Positions 38,179 to 52,564 of a DNA stretch of 64,000 bases are shown piece after piece. Source of the DNA: the human T2T-CHM13v2.0 reference genome, Homo sapiens; the NCBI RefSeq assembly GCF_009914755.1, contig NC_060933.1; one strand, written 5' to 3'. Position 1 is the first letter of the stretch. The number at the start of each line of letters is the position of its first letter. Position numbers and translations under genes: made by a program. The notes under the pieces are model-generated. The model worked only from the letters and a program-made list of their open reading frames with translations. It was not told where the DNA came from and searched no databases.

Positions 38179-38450
38179 TTCTAATTTAATATTTTTTTAT
38201 AGATTATGAGAAAAAAGTTTTGCTCACTATCAGCTAGGAAAGCTGTCTTAGCACAACCATTCATTCTTGCACAAATCAAAATCAAGACGAGCCAGATTTA
38301 ATTTAATATTTTTTTACAGATTGTGAGAAAAAAGTTCTAATTTAATTTTTTTATAGATTATGAGAAAAAAGTTTTGCTCACTATCAGCTAGGAAAGCTGT
38401 CTTAGCACAACCATTCATTCTTGCACAAATCAAAATCAAGATGAGCCAGA
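38179..38450. repeat. Local tandem duplication A-a-A (118 + 38 + 116 bp)
   Basis: 38179-38296 is almost identical to 38335-38450, with a partial copy between them. Confidence 0.95.
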
Positions 38451-39310
38451 AGGCTCCATTCTGACAGCTTCTAATGGAGAAGCTACATTTACTGGACATG
38501 GGGAAAGTTGCTGGGCTCTAAGGACTGTGCTCATTTCTTGAACTAGATAAATGGTCTTGGTGTAGCATAATACCAAAACTTCTTGTCGCAGCCCGTAAGG
38601 ACAGAACTCAATCAGCCTGAAAAGGAAGTCAGTGACTCCGACTCAACACAGGAATGTTCTGTGATTCCTAAAGAAGGATGTAGGAGTGTGGCACAATTCA
38701 ACCACAGTCTGTGGCCCTGTGCCTCTGCCTTGACATGAGTGGGATATCCCAGCTGGTCATTTTCTTCTTATCTAAGACATTGGGAACAAATTACTTGACC
38801 TCCTCTGGGCTTCAGTACTCCCACTCATCAAATTAGAGGACTGGGCAATCGCTAGGCTCTCTTTAGGCATCATATTTTAGTTTCTGTGATTTTAAATTTG
38901 AGAAGGGGTGTCTAAGGGAGAATACATAGGGGAGGGGGAAAGGCTTATTAAAAGTGTAGTTAGGCACTGAATTTTTAAGAATTGCATTTTGTAATAATAC
39001 CTTTACCTAATCAGGACTGACAATCTTACCTGATGATAGCACCTGGAGGAATGGCTGCATTCAAAAATAAAAATGAAATAAAACAAGACCTTATTTGAAC
39101 TTAGCAATAATGCTGATTCCTCTTTTTGATTTGAGGAGGTTATAGCTGTTGTAAATGCTTGAATTGGGTCTGCCCAGGCAAAACGGAGTCAAGAGTCCAT
39201 GTCTGATGAATTTTAACAATGTAGACAATAAAAAGGGTTGCTTAAACTGCCCCTCTTTTACCAAAACACATTTACAAATGAAAGAACAACACTTCCATTT
39301 TTTAAAAACA

Positions 39311-39598
<288 letters not shown>

Positions 39599-42359
39599 AA
39601 AAAATTTCCATTTTTAATTGCAGGGTCTGGGGAATTAAAATGCATCCATAATTTCTTGCATCTCTCCGCTCGGGCTTGCATGAATGCAGAGGGATGGGGA
39701 GGACTTCTTGAGGCAAGCATCCCCCTCTTGTCGCCTGCCATCTGGAGAGAGAGGGCTGTGATTTATCTCACTTTAATCAGGAAGGACCCGATGGGTGGAT
39801 GGAGAGGTCTGATGGCTTTGTTGCTCCATGTGGGAAAGAAACGGACAGAGTGAATTTGTGTATGATCCCTAAGGAGAAAGCGTCTTTGTGCTCTATTTCT
39901 TTTTGACCTGGAGCCCCTGAAAGCAAGCTAGTTACAAGTTGAAATAGGCCGTTTCTAAAGTGTGATTTTGTTTGTGTATGAGCCTTGATTACAAAGGGGA
40001 AAAAAACCCGCTTAATTTACATACACCAGATGTAGTGCAGGATCCCCTGGGCTATCTTTTCAGGTATCAGGAAACTTTGATGAAAGTCACTTGTCTCATC
40101 TAGGAGTCATTTCATATTGTTTAGCAGAGCCTGGTATTAACATTTCCTTCCAACTGTTTACTGGAATCTGTGTGTTCCCTTCAAGTGATGCATACTAGGT
40201 GCACAGGCTTCCTGCCACTGTCATCCTAATCTTTCCGTGCAGACAGGAGCAGAGGGGAGAGCGCTGAGCCAGGCCCCAGCTTGCTTTTCTTTCCTGACTC
40301 AGCCCGGCTCCGCTGCACTTCTCAGCTCTTGCTGTAGGTGGTGCTGTTTGACCATTTTCTTCATGTGACCCTCCACTCGGTAATATAAATTCATTCGGAG
40401 GATGACCTGATATCAAAAAAAATTCCTTTTGATTAGTAGAATCAACTTATTTCTTCACACGATACTCTTCCCACTGAGACACATGGAGACAATTCTGACT
40501 CCAGGTTTGCAACCTTGAGATTTCTCTCAGATGCAATAAAAAACAAAAAAGCATTTTGAGTGGCACAGTGATGCCTAGTGCATGATCATGTTTGTCTGCT
40601 CAAACATAAAAGGGAAACTGGTGGGTTTGAGGATGCCCAGCAGCACGACAGCTGCCAATGTAAATGAGCGGTGTAGAGAGAGAGGGGGCGGGAGGGGACT
40701 ACAAACTTCAGAATATGAGCTGATCGTTTATAAGTTAAAAAAAAAAAAAAAAAAGTCAAAAGGGAGCCCAGGATGGTGCAGGAAAAAGGAGAAGGGAAGA
40801 TTTCCTTGCAGCTAATCAGGAGAGTTCATAAGGGCTGATTACATGTGTGGAAGCCTTCAGTTCTTTTTTTTAAAAATGTGAAAGTTTGCATGTATGTATG
40901 TATGTATAGCTTCGTGTATTACCATTATTATTGCAATCAGCAAATGGATTTACTTCCTTTATCTCATGGGCTCCTTCCCACTCACTTCTGGCAGCCCTTT
41001 TTCCTTTCTCCTTCATCCCAGAACACCAAAGAACAGATGCGCTTCCTAACCCTGGCTCCAGGGGACTTTATACAATGTAAACAGTGCACCTCTAAAGTGG
41101 TTCACCGCTTAGAGAACATGTGTCCCATTTTAAAACTGTGACTCCTTTATATTTTGCAGTGCTTATTTTAATAAGAGACATTGGACTTGTGACTTATTTT
41201 TCATGGAGGAGTGAGCTTAATGGTTGAAAGTAATCGATAAACTTGTTTTTCCTCTGATGCCATCAGCCAAGATCCTATGGCAATAGTAAGAGGATGACAC
41301 TGGGCTGGCACCCCCTCCATAACATATTTGGACCATTTTTTTCTCCCAGAATGCACATGCAATAGCTTTGGTTTGGTAAGAGAGAGATGGTGTACTTGGT
41401 TTCCTTCTGTCACACTTTTGGTGAAATGAATCAGACTTTTAAATCAGGAAATTCAGCGAGATGAGTTAGATTTTTACACAAGAGCAGTGGAGGACTTCCA
41501 GCTGGTTGGGGGAATGATACGGAAATATCTTGCTAAATCAGGGTCTGGTGGAATGCTGCTCCCCTGGCAGGCTCCTCTTCACAGGGAGCAATCTGTGGGT
41601 TGCTTATAGAACAGAGCGAGCAGGAGGCATAGCATGGTCTTGCTCGTGGGAAGACCCGGTGTTCAGATGTTTGTCATTAGGAACTGGGTGTGGGCTTTTT
41701 CAAGTTAAACTGAAGCGGCAGTTCTATTAGGAAGAGCCTCCCAGATCAGCATCTTCTGTTTCTGGATACTCTCCCTTTGAAAAGCCAGATTTCAGCAAAA
41801 AGCTTTCCTAATGGTGAAATTGCACAACTGAAACCCTATGGGAGCAATGGGAAAGATGGAGAAAGAGGTGGTTATATCATGTACTTCAACAGTTTATTTA
41901 GAGGCTGTTGACATTAGAATAACAAGCCAAGACAAACAAAAATACTCATTTTGGATGAAAATATTGTCTTTTCATGTTATTATAGATAGCTGAGTCCTAA
42001 GACTTATACAGAAACACATTTTCCTAATGAGTGGCTGATTTTTCTGGTTGTGCAAGTAATATCCAAATTATTGTACAAATTTTTGGCTCAGGAGCAAACA
42101 TTGTATTGCATATTGAGCTAATCACTTGCCCTTTCTAAGGTAAGCCCTTACCTCTGCTTTCCCTTCATCTTGTCATTTCTGTTTGTTGGGTACAGGTTTC
42201 CTGTTGGTTCTTTCTGTTGGCTCTGATGTAACATGAATGAAGTTCTTAACATCCTTTCAGACATAAACACAACTTAGCTCATTGTTTCTGAGTTCATATA
42301 GAGGTTTTCTTGCCCCTGAGACTTTCGTGTCAGACAGCTGGATGTTGCTGTGTTCAAGG

Positions 42360-43620
42360 CTCTATATGTTGATTTTGTATCCTACAACTTTACTGATTTC
42401 ACCTATCAGTTCAGTTCTAACAGTTTTCAAATTTTATTTATTTGTTTTTGTTTTTTAAATATTGTATGTTTCATTTTAGAGTCAGGAGGGTAGATGTACA
42501 GGTTTCTTACACAGGTATATTGCATGGTGCTGAGGTTTGGGCTTCTAATGATCCCACCACCCAAGCAGTGAGCATAGTAATCGACAGGTAGTTTTTCAAC
42601 CCTTGCTCCCACCATCCTTCCCTCCCACCTTTGGAGTCCCCCAGTGTCTATTGTTCCCTTCTTTGTGTTGAGTTCTAACCTTTTTTTAGTGAAGTTTGTA
42701 GGGTTTTCTATATATAACAAGATCATGCTGTCAGTAGAGACAATTTCATTTCTTCCTTTCCTATTAGGATGCCTTTTATTTCTTTCTATTGCCTAATTAC
42801 CCTGAGAAGTGGTGTCCGTGGGCATCCTTGTCTTGTTCCTGATGGTAGAGGAAAAGTTTCAACTTTTCACCATTGATTATGGTGTTAGCTATGGGTTTGT
42901 CATATATGGCCTTTATTTTGTTGGGATACAGTCCCTCAATACGTGATCTGTTGGGTGTTTTTTTTTCACCATGAAAGTGTTTCGAAGTTTGTCAAAAGCT
43001 TTTTCTATATCTATTGAGATGGCCATATAGTTTCTATCCTTTATTTTTCTAATATGGTATATTATATGTATTGATTTGCTTATGTTGAACCATGACATCA
43101 TCATGGTGAATGATTCTTTCAATGTGCTATTGAATTTGGTTTGCTAGGATTTTGTTGAGGATTTTTGCATCTATGTAGATCAAGGATATTGGCCTGTAAT
43201 TTTCCTTTCTTGTAGTGTTCTTGTCTGGCTTTGGAATCAGGGTAATGCTGGCCCTGTAAGATGAGTTTGGAAGTATTCCCTCCACTTCAGCTTTTTGGAA
43301 GAGTTTGAGAAGGACTGGTATTAGTTCTTCTTAAAATATTTGGTAGAATTAATCTGGGAAGCCATCTGGTTTTGGGTTTTTCATTGATGGGAGACATTTT
43401 CTTACTGATTCAACCTCCTTGCTTGCTATTAGTCTATTCAGATTTTTTAATTTCTTCATGAGTCAATCTTGGTAGGTTTTATGTGTCTGGGAATTTATCC
43501 ATTTCTTCTAGATGATCCAATTGGTTAGTGTGTAATTATACCTAGCAGTTTCTTAGGATCCTTTGTATTTCTGTGATATTGGCTATGATGTTTCATCTTT
43601 CATTTCTGATTTTATGCTAT
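42360..43620 (-). mobile_element. Old L1 ORF2 fragment with a nested younger L1P 3' end (~42430-42670)
   Basis: Minus-strand peptides MILLYIENP and [11 protein letters not shown] are L1 RT motifs. The nested insert is flanked by AGTTCTAAC at 42413 and 42671. Confidence 0.85.
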
Positions 43621-44431
43621 ATTGAAAACATGAGGCATAGCAGGTAGGGGGCACTGGTCAGGACTTGGGGTATAAACTGGCAGATGTTAAGGTGGGTGAT
43701 TCTGGTTAACTCAGAAACTCCAAAGTCCCGTGTGGAAGAATTAACTGCCTGTACTTGCCTAGTAATGTATATCCTTGGTCAAAAAAAGATCCAGCTGAGA
43801 ATGTTGGATGAAGGGACCAAATCAATATTCATCATTATGTTGAAAACAAGTCAGATTGGCTGTGGTCTTTTGACAGCAGGTCAGTGGCTAAGTCTATTTG
43901 AACAAAGTTAGGGCAGGTTCAAGAGAGAATCCTGAGATCGGTATTCTTTGTTCCATACAACCTTGCCTTTCAGTTTCTTCTCCCCATGCCTCCAGGATGT
44001 CCCTGCACAGCCCGTAGGGCCCCCTCCTTCAGTACCTTGCCTTATGAAGGGGAGAAAATGAGTTTTCCAATGTTAGCATATATTGAGCCTTCCAAAATTT
44101 CTATTTTAGGGGAGCTCTAGGAAAATAGCAGATTACTCTAAATCCCCAGGTAAAAATCTGAAATGGTGGAATTTCATACGACCAGGAGACATATTTTGGG
44201 GCAAGTGGGCTTTTCACAATCACTTGGACATGAAGGCATCTGCTTCTTCTATGCCTAAAATATTCCTTCAATTTAGTAGTTTAATTCCTCTTCCTCTTTT
44301 TCAAATTTCAAGACAATACATGTAGTGACTGAACAATTTGAATCCAAGTTTCACTATTTAACTGCCAGTGTGACCTTGGGCGAGTCACTTAATCTTTTCA
44401 AGGCTCAATTTCATCATGTAAAGTGGAAGTA

Positions 44432-44782
44432 CAAACAATCCCTGACTTACAATATTTTGACTTATGATCTTTCAACTTTAAGATAGTTTGAAAGCAATAC
44501 ACATTCAGCGGAAGCTGTACTTTGAGTACCCATACAACCATTCTGTTTTCCACTTTCAGTACAGTATTCATTATATTACATGAGATATTCAAAGCCCATT
44601 TTATTATAAAATGGGCTTTCTGTTAGATGATTTTGCCTAACTGTAGGTTAATGTGAGTGTTTAAGGTAGGCTGAGCTAGGCTATGATGTTTAGTAGGTTA
44701 AGTGTATTAAATGCATTTTCAGCTTACAATATTTTCATAAGTTTATTGGAATATAACCCCATTGTAAATTGAGGGGTATTTG
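44432..44782 (-). mobile_element. MER47A-like Tigger MITE inserted in a MIR
   Basis: Flanked by TA; gtacccatacaaccattctgtttt...ttagatgattttgcc...taggctatgatgtt match the recalled consensus. Confidence 0.8.
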
Positions 44783-47700
44783 TAATAATGATATCTCTTC
44801 AAGGAGACTTTGTGAGCCTCTCATAGGAAAATGCATACACAGATGCATATAAATATATAATCTTTCTTTTCCATACATATGATATTCTTTAAGGATATTC
44901 AAAAATCTGGAAACAGTTGCCTCCAGGGAGATAAATGGTAGTGGGTTGGGAAACTTTTAACTGTATACGCTTTTGTACCTTTTGCATTTTGAATCAGATG
45001 AATGTATAATCTACATAAAATATTAAGATTAAAACATCACCGAATAACTTATCAGGAGTTTGGTGAACATAAGGGAAGGCCACCTATGGTGGCTGTATTT
45101 TATTCAGTGTTGGTCACTGTTGGTCACTTCATAGAGCTTATTTCATTTCATCCTCACAAGCGCCGTAGGAGGAAGGGGCCCCAGAGGGATTCATGGTTAG
45201 AATAGCAGAGTAGGAGCATTTGGCAGCTATATTCTGTGTAGGTGATAACTTAAAAAATATTTTTGTTATAAAATGTTTCAAACATACAAAAAATATAGAG
45301 AAGCAGTTTTCTATAGTTATTAAATATTCTTAATGGGTAGTCATAGAAATTATCATCCAAAGTGGGATATTCTTGAGAGAAAAAGGAGGTTCTATTTATA
45401 ATTATGGTGGGATAACAAACTTAAGATGAACAGCTCTAGACAAACTGGGTTGTATGGTCCCTGGAAAACAAGGATTACTGTAAATGTGAGTCCCGCCTTG
45501 TGCTTCTCTCTGTCCCACCAAGAAAATATGATCTTGATACAGATGTTCATTGTGTCAAGGCAACCATGGCAACCATGATCTAGATACACTGTTCAAGTTT
45601 TATGCTGATCCTACCTATATATGTCTCAGGAGCTTTCCAGAGTTTCCTTTGAGTGCTTCTAAATTTTGCATAAATGGTATGCTGTCCCTTGTCTCTTTTT
45701 AAAACCCGTAAGCCATTTTCCCTTCTTTTCCTGGAAAATTAAAGGAACAAGGACCAGGAAATAACAATGTATTAGCTAAGGTTCTGTTGATTGAAAGCAA
45801 CAGAACCTAATTCTGGCTAGCTTAAACCATGCTAGGATTTAATGAAGAATACTGCAGAATCTTAGATATCTTATGACTGGGAAAGAGGAGGTTCAGGTAG
45901 TTCCTAGGATGTCAGCAACAGGTAGCTGTCAATTAACTGCCCCCACACCACCCACTGCTGCCGTCATCAATATAGCACACCACAATGGCTCCCAGCCTCT
46001 GTACGTCTGGGTTCCGGTGTTCAAATTCTAGAGACAGCAAGAGAAATCCCATTGAGTCAGGGATCCTTCCCTGGGTCACCCTCCCTGCCTACGGTCAGAA
46101 ATGCAGGATTATGTAGTAAAGACACAGCTAAAGAGGACCCACTTCACTGTATTGGGACCATTTGCAGGGGAGGCAAAATTGTGAGCTACGCACTTAAAGA
46201 GGTGATAACCATAAGTTTGCAGGAAAAAAAAATTGGAGAAGAGAAGGGTAACACTATGCTACGGTTTCTTCTGAAAATGGACGAAGGGAACAGCATTTCC
46301 ATTTGGAAATTCTCTCCTGGCATTTCAATATTTATGGATTCTGAATTCTGAGAAAAATCAGTTGAGAAATTAGGAAAATGGGAAGGAACATTCTAATTTT
46401 CCTGTGAGAATTACAGCTTAATAGTCAGTATAGAGAACTTACTGGCTTGAAGAAATGCACTGACTTCAAGTCAAGCAAGATGAGGAAGCGCTGACATGTG
46501 GAGATGAAAGTTAAGGTGAACGGGACAGGAGCAGTAATGGAGCCTCAGTCAGACTTTCTTGTATCTGTTGCTGTGTTATAAGTGTGTGTTCATGGCCTTG
46601 TCCACTGCTAACAGTGAACCATTTCTGCAAATAAATATTAATGTGTTCATAGGCATAGTATATGTTTTACAAATCCTATGAGAGGTGTTCTAAGAAATGC
46701 CAAGTTTTAGAAACAAAATATGCCCTTAAATCAGCAATTTTGACAGTTGCTTCTTTCTAGTGCTGTTCATCTTGCCAGGAGATCAGAATGTTATGTTATT
46801 TAAATGGTATTGGAGGGGATGATTGAAGCCTTGTTTAACAATGTCATGTAAACAATGATTAAAGCATTAAGTATTTGTGGTGTTACCTTTCAATCTTTAA
46901 AGGACTTTTCTTTAGCATTTATTTTGTGATAATATTCATTTCTTTTTAATGTTTTCTCTATTAATGCTATTGGATTTTATAATCTTGTTACAATATGTTG
47001 GCTCATAATAATAAATCATCATTTGTTATCATATCTTTTTAAAACAGAAGACTACTAAACTTTTTCATGTAATCCTGTTACAGAAAAAATGACTATTTGC
47101 TTGTTATTATAGTCACTTATTATTTTTCAAAAACTTGTAAGTGAAGTGTTATGAAAATCATATGAATTTGGGAATTCCCAAGCATTCTCAGAAATTTTAT
47201 TTCCTTGTTCCCAAATCCCAATGATTAATATCTGCCAGGAGTCAGAAAACAGTGAAAGGAAGTAACATCCTATGTTGGATACCTGGTAGGGTTAGTGAAG
47301 AAACGTTATTGCTGAGCTCTGTGTTACGCTCACGAATGATGCCATTGAGGAAGTCACACTTGTTGAAAGGAACGCAGATACACAAAGAGTTTTGCTGCTG
47401 TCTGTTGGATAAGAACCCCCTGGTCGATTTCAGCTCCTACTGCAAGTTAGAAAAATCAATCCAATGATAAATGAAAAGTGACCAGTGTGCTGGGAAATAA
47501 CTTATTTTTTGGCTTCAGAGGAAATTTTAGAAACAGTGCCAAGTGAAACGTAAAAACAAACTACGAAGACGTTCATGAATTTCCCTCTGAAGCTGACAGC
47601 CGTATTTTAGCAGATGGAACTCCTACTATTAGCCCAACTCTTGGGTTGAAACAGTGTGTCCAGGAAACCCTATGTTAAAATGCAATGTGTTGGGGATATT

Positions 47701-48617
47701 GTTCCTCTTTTTGCTTGAGTTAATTTTCAAATTAGTGTACTCTTGCTTAGCTGTGCTCTGAGGGAATGAACAAAAGATTGGTAAACTCTGATGGAGAACA
47801 CTGGTCAGGCAGGGCACATAGAATCCCTGGGGATGGTGGTTCCTGACAAATGGGGGAGGAGGACCTGAGCCAGGCTTGGGCTGGGCTGGAGGAACATGAA
47901 GATGGGATCTACTCACAACCCCCAAAACTGAGGGGTCCTGATAACACATTATTTCACCCTCAGCCATGCAAATTCATTATTTTTATGGATAAAATAGCTT
48001 TAAAAAACTAATTTACATTGAAATGTTAAAATATTTATATAGAGATTAGAAATATTTATATAGAGATTATTGGGAATCCCCTCCTAAAGCCCAAACATAA
48101 AAACTACCAAAAAAAAAATTCCGTGTAGGCTAAGATTGCAAATGACTGATGGAACGTAATTTAAATTAAACATGGAAAATATATTTCCTCTTTAATAAAG
48201 ATCTGAATTCTATTCTTTTTAGGAGCCTTCAGAAATGAAATTCAACTATTAAAAAAAGTATAGAGAAGCCTTTAGAAAAGAAACTTTTCTTTTGCTGTAT
48301 TATATAATAAAGAACTTTGATGAGAATAGTTCTAAAGTGTTTAATAATCGATTACACTGATGTTCCTAGGTATTGTGGGGAACACCTAGAAATTAAATCT
48401 TCATCTTTGGCAGATCAGAGGCCTATTATTTTTAGGTAAAACAATTAAAATCTGCTTTTAATAAATCACAAATTTTGCAAGTTAGCCATTAATAGTAAGT
48501 GCTTTCCAAAGTTGGGCCCAATACATGAAAAAGCCAGAAAAACATACCTGCATTAGTTTTGCCCATCACCTTCTTATGCTGGCCTCAGGAGATTTATTAA
48601 CAGCATTCAATATTTTA

Positions 48618-48757
<140 letters not shown>

Positions 48758-49171
48758 TTTAGGTATCCTGTGGCTACCTCCAAAAACAAGCTCCAGAGGA
48801 ACTGAATTTTTTTTTTATTTCATGTGTTGGGATAATGGCTTCTTTTGCAGTTACTTACGAAGAATTTAAGGGTCAGTAAAAATATTTTTTCATCCTTAAT
48901 AACATAAATTCTCTAATTTGTATGTGATATAATGCTAGATATTGTGCCAAAAGGGTTACGTAGACATAATCCATGCCCATTTTCAAAGATAATACTAATA
49001 TAGAGAATAAGAATCATTATTATTGTATTAATTATTATTTTAGTAATAGTAGTAATAATCAAAACAATTACATCAAACACTTATTAAACCCTTATTATGT
49101 GACAGGTACTGTGTAAGCAATTTCCACATATTAGCTCCTTAAATGTGATCAGTAACCCCATGAGGTAGGTA

Positions 49172-49902
49172 GCATTATGTCCATTTTATAGATGCAGAAA
49201 CTGAGCTTTGAAGAGGGAAAGCAACTTGCCCAAGGCCATGCAGGCAGTCACTGATAAGGGTGGGAAGCGAGAAGTTGAATTCTGAGATGTAAGTTCACAG
49301 ACACGAGTACACAAACACGTACAAGATACTCGTATGACATGTGGGGTTGCTTGAAATATGTAATTGACTTTCCCCAGCACAAGAAAGTGTTTGGACAGAT
49401 TTCAAAGGGATCTAACACCTCCTTAGAGGACTGCCCTATGACATTTTTCCATGTGCTTTTCTGCCTCTTGTCCTATACTTTTGGCATTTCTTCTGCTCTT
49501 AGAGGCAATGAGTCAACAGCATATTTTTAGCACCTCCTGTGTGCATAGAAGTGGCCCCTGACTCAATGGGAGTGTATAACTACCATGGGCCAAATCAATG
49601 TGCTTTCCTGTCAGCCAGGGGATTATAGAAGAACACGCTCCCCTGATTCCAACAGAACTTGCTGCCACTCTGATGTCTTCATGGTAAGGCCTCTAAATGA
49701 ATGTTCCAGAAATTCATGTTAAAGGCACGTGTCATATGTGTAACTTGTAAACATTTGTGTACTTGTCTCTGTGTCCTTACACCTCAGGCTTCAACTCTTG
49801 TTTTTACCTTTATCAATGACTACCTGTGTGCTGTGTGGCTTTGGACCAATTGCTCACCCCCTCTAAAGCTCAGTTTCTGCATCTGTAAAATGGATATAAT
49901 GC
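49172..49902. repeat. Diverged inverted repeat with ~170-bp arms (49172-49343 and 49726-49902), partly MIR
   Basis: The arms align as reverse complements, including ~60 bp beyond the MIR core. Confidence 0.85.
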
Positions 49903-50832
49903 CATATATACATAGATATAGATATACATACACAAATATATATACACACATATATATGTGTGTATATACATATATATGTAATATACAAACTGAAATATAT
50001 AGTTATATAAATATTTCAGTTTAAGTTTCAAAAATCACTGGAGGGTATTTTTATAATACCCTTCGGCAATTTTACCTGCTGCCTTTGCACATTCTGGTGA
50101 ATTTCTAAATGGAAGTCTGATAGAGATTAATCTTTTAATGCATCATAAATAAAAAAGAAAATCACAGAATGATGTAGCTGGAGAGGACCCTGGGGATCTA
50201 AAGTGTTTCATGAAAGATTAATGTCCTTGATCTGTTTGTAAGTGTTTTGGAAAAATCTTCCATGGTCAAATAAAACTTGGCAATGTTGGATTAAAGTTAA
50301 ATAGGTTTTTTTTCCTGCAGAACTTCATAGTCTTTAATATGCTAATGTGTTTTGTGAATCTACAAGGAATGAAGTGTTTCAATACTTATTTTACCCAGAT
50401 TCTCATTTTGGGACAGGCTGGTCAAACTGAGTCAGCTAGTATATTCTCTAGATGGAGATGATGGCTGATGCCTTTTTGAGAGCAAGAGAGTCCCCAGGGG
50501 AAGCAAGGATATATCAGTTGCTCCTATTTCATGCCAAGAATCCTCAGTCTTTAGAGGCTCAGAGAAGGCTGAAAGGCTACTCTAGGCTATCAGGGCTACC
50601 ATTCATTGTGACCCATGCTACAGAGAAGCTTTGAGCTCAGTGCAAAGGAGTGACCAGCCCTTGAGAATCAGGAAAATTTATTTATTTCTGACCTAGTCCA
50701 CTGAGGACATACAAGGAATGGGGCAGGGGAATGTCACCAGCTATGGTTACAAGCTAGTCTGATTCTCTTTCATTAAGAAAACTGGTCCCTGTGAGTTTAG
50801 ATTGGGAAGCACCAGGTTAAAAAAAATTTTTA

Positions 50833-50902
50833 GGCCAGGAGTGGTGGCCACTGTACTCCAGCGTGGGTGACAGAGTGAGAATCTGTCTTAAAAAAAAAAA
50901 AA
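50833..50902 (+). mobile_element. 70-bp Alu remnant (monomer head fused directly to the Alu tail)
   Basis: ggccaggagtggtggc|cactgtactccagcgtgggtgacagagtgaga...polyA. Confidence 0.8.
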
Positions 50903-51409
50903 GTTAATTGATGTCTTCTGTTGAGGACCTCTCAGAACTTTTAATATGAAAGTGTGCATTGTGAAGAATGGGAGTAGAGTGTACAGGAGTTTTAAAAGCT
51001 ACTTGGTCATGAAACTCTTGCTTTGTGCAGGATTCGAGGGGCACTAACATTCTGAGGAAAATATTTTGGGAAACATTGATCTAATCCAAACTTCTCATTT
51101 TACCAGCAAACAACTGTGGGGCCCTCTAAGTTTCCTTTCTCCATCATTGTGACAAATTCATTGGAATTAATTCAATTAAACCTGGGGTCAGCTTTGAAGA
51201 GATTTATTTAGCAGGTAAATCTGTTTTGTACATTTTGAGGGAGTTCTGAGTTTCCATAGTCAAAAACCACAGAACAATTTAACCAACCTTTATGGAATAT
51301 CACCTATGGCCCAAAGACCCTTTAGCTACAGTGATGGTCTACAAAAATATAAACTGTAATTCTTGCAATACAGGAGATTAGTAATAATGGTAAATATAAT
51401 GATGATGAC

Positions 51410-51555
51410 ACCATGAATAGCTAACATTTATTGAATGCCTTTCTATTAGTCAGGCACTTTACTAAGTATTTTAATCCTCCCAACAATTTATGAGGTAGGG
51501 ATTATAATAATTCCCATTTTATAGTGAGGACACTGAGGTTAGGAAATTATCCTAG
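51410..51555 (-). mobile_element. MIR SINE
   Basis: ttaatcctcccaacaatttatgaggtagggattat...cccattttatagtgaggacactgagg. Confidence 0.75.
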
Positions 51556-52324
51556 CCTAAATGTTAGGTATAAGCATGAATAGAAAGGTGTTATCAGCCT
51601 ATAAGACATTCCTTTATGAGTGATACAAAGTCCTATATAAATTCAGAGAAAAGACAAATGGTTTTAGAAATCCTTGATCAGTGAGTGTGAAGCACGTGGT
51701 GGCCCGGTTACTGTTTGGTTGCCCATCTGTCCTCCCTCTGGGGATCAGCACCCCCTTACTTTGGAAGACTTGTTTTCCTTGTCACTGTAAGGTTCTTTCT
51801 GGCTATGTGGTAGGGCACATTGCCTCAAACTAGCCCTGTTCCAGTCTTTGAGAACCTTGAAATTGGAACCAAGGGAAGAGGATTGCCTCTTGAATGGTAA
51901 TTCTCTAAAATCTAGTCTGAGGTGCTGGTGCCTAATCCCTGGGTCTGTGGAAGGAGCTGGGCTGTGAGAGGGGAGAATGATGTTGATGTCAAGAGAGAGG
52001 CAGGTGCTAGGAGCAGAGAGATGGAGGCCTGGAGGGTTTCTGGGCTTCTCTGAGGCTTAGGGTTTGGATCATTGTCTTCGTTACTGGAACAAAGGATTTA
52101 CCATACCTGCTCTTCTGGGAATGAAACTGTCCTGCTTTGCAAAAAAAAGTGTCATTAGAAAGAGATCTTAAAAACCCCACACCATAGACAGGTGCACAGA
52201 TCCCTAGAAGTGTTAAAGTTCTGTCTGTTGGATGCTAAGCCAAGACTCTTAAGTATGTTCTAAAGAGAAACTGGTGTGTGTAGGCTGTGCACTCCCAGGG
52301 AGATAAAAAGTTAGGAACTTTATG

Positions 52325-52564
52325 GGTTGGGCTTGGTGGCTCACACCTGTAATCCCAGCACTGTGGGAGGCTAAAGTGGGCAGATTGATTGAGCTGAGGA
52401 GTTCGAGACCAGCCTAGGCAACATGGTGAAACCCCATGTCTACAAAAACTACAAAAATTAGCTGGGCGTGGTGGCATGTACCTGTAGGCAGGAGGATCGC
52501 TTGAGCCCAAGAGGGAGAGGGTGCAGTGAGCCATGATTGTGCCACTGCACTCCACCTGGGTGAC
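52325..52564 (+). mobile_element. Alu lacking its 3' end and poly-A tail but flanked by direct repeats
   Basis: AGGAACTTTATGGG at 52313-52326 and 52565-52578. Confidence 0.9.
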
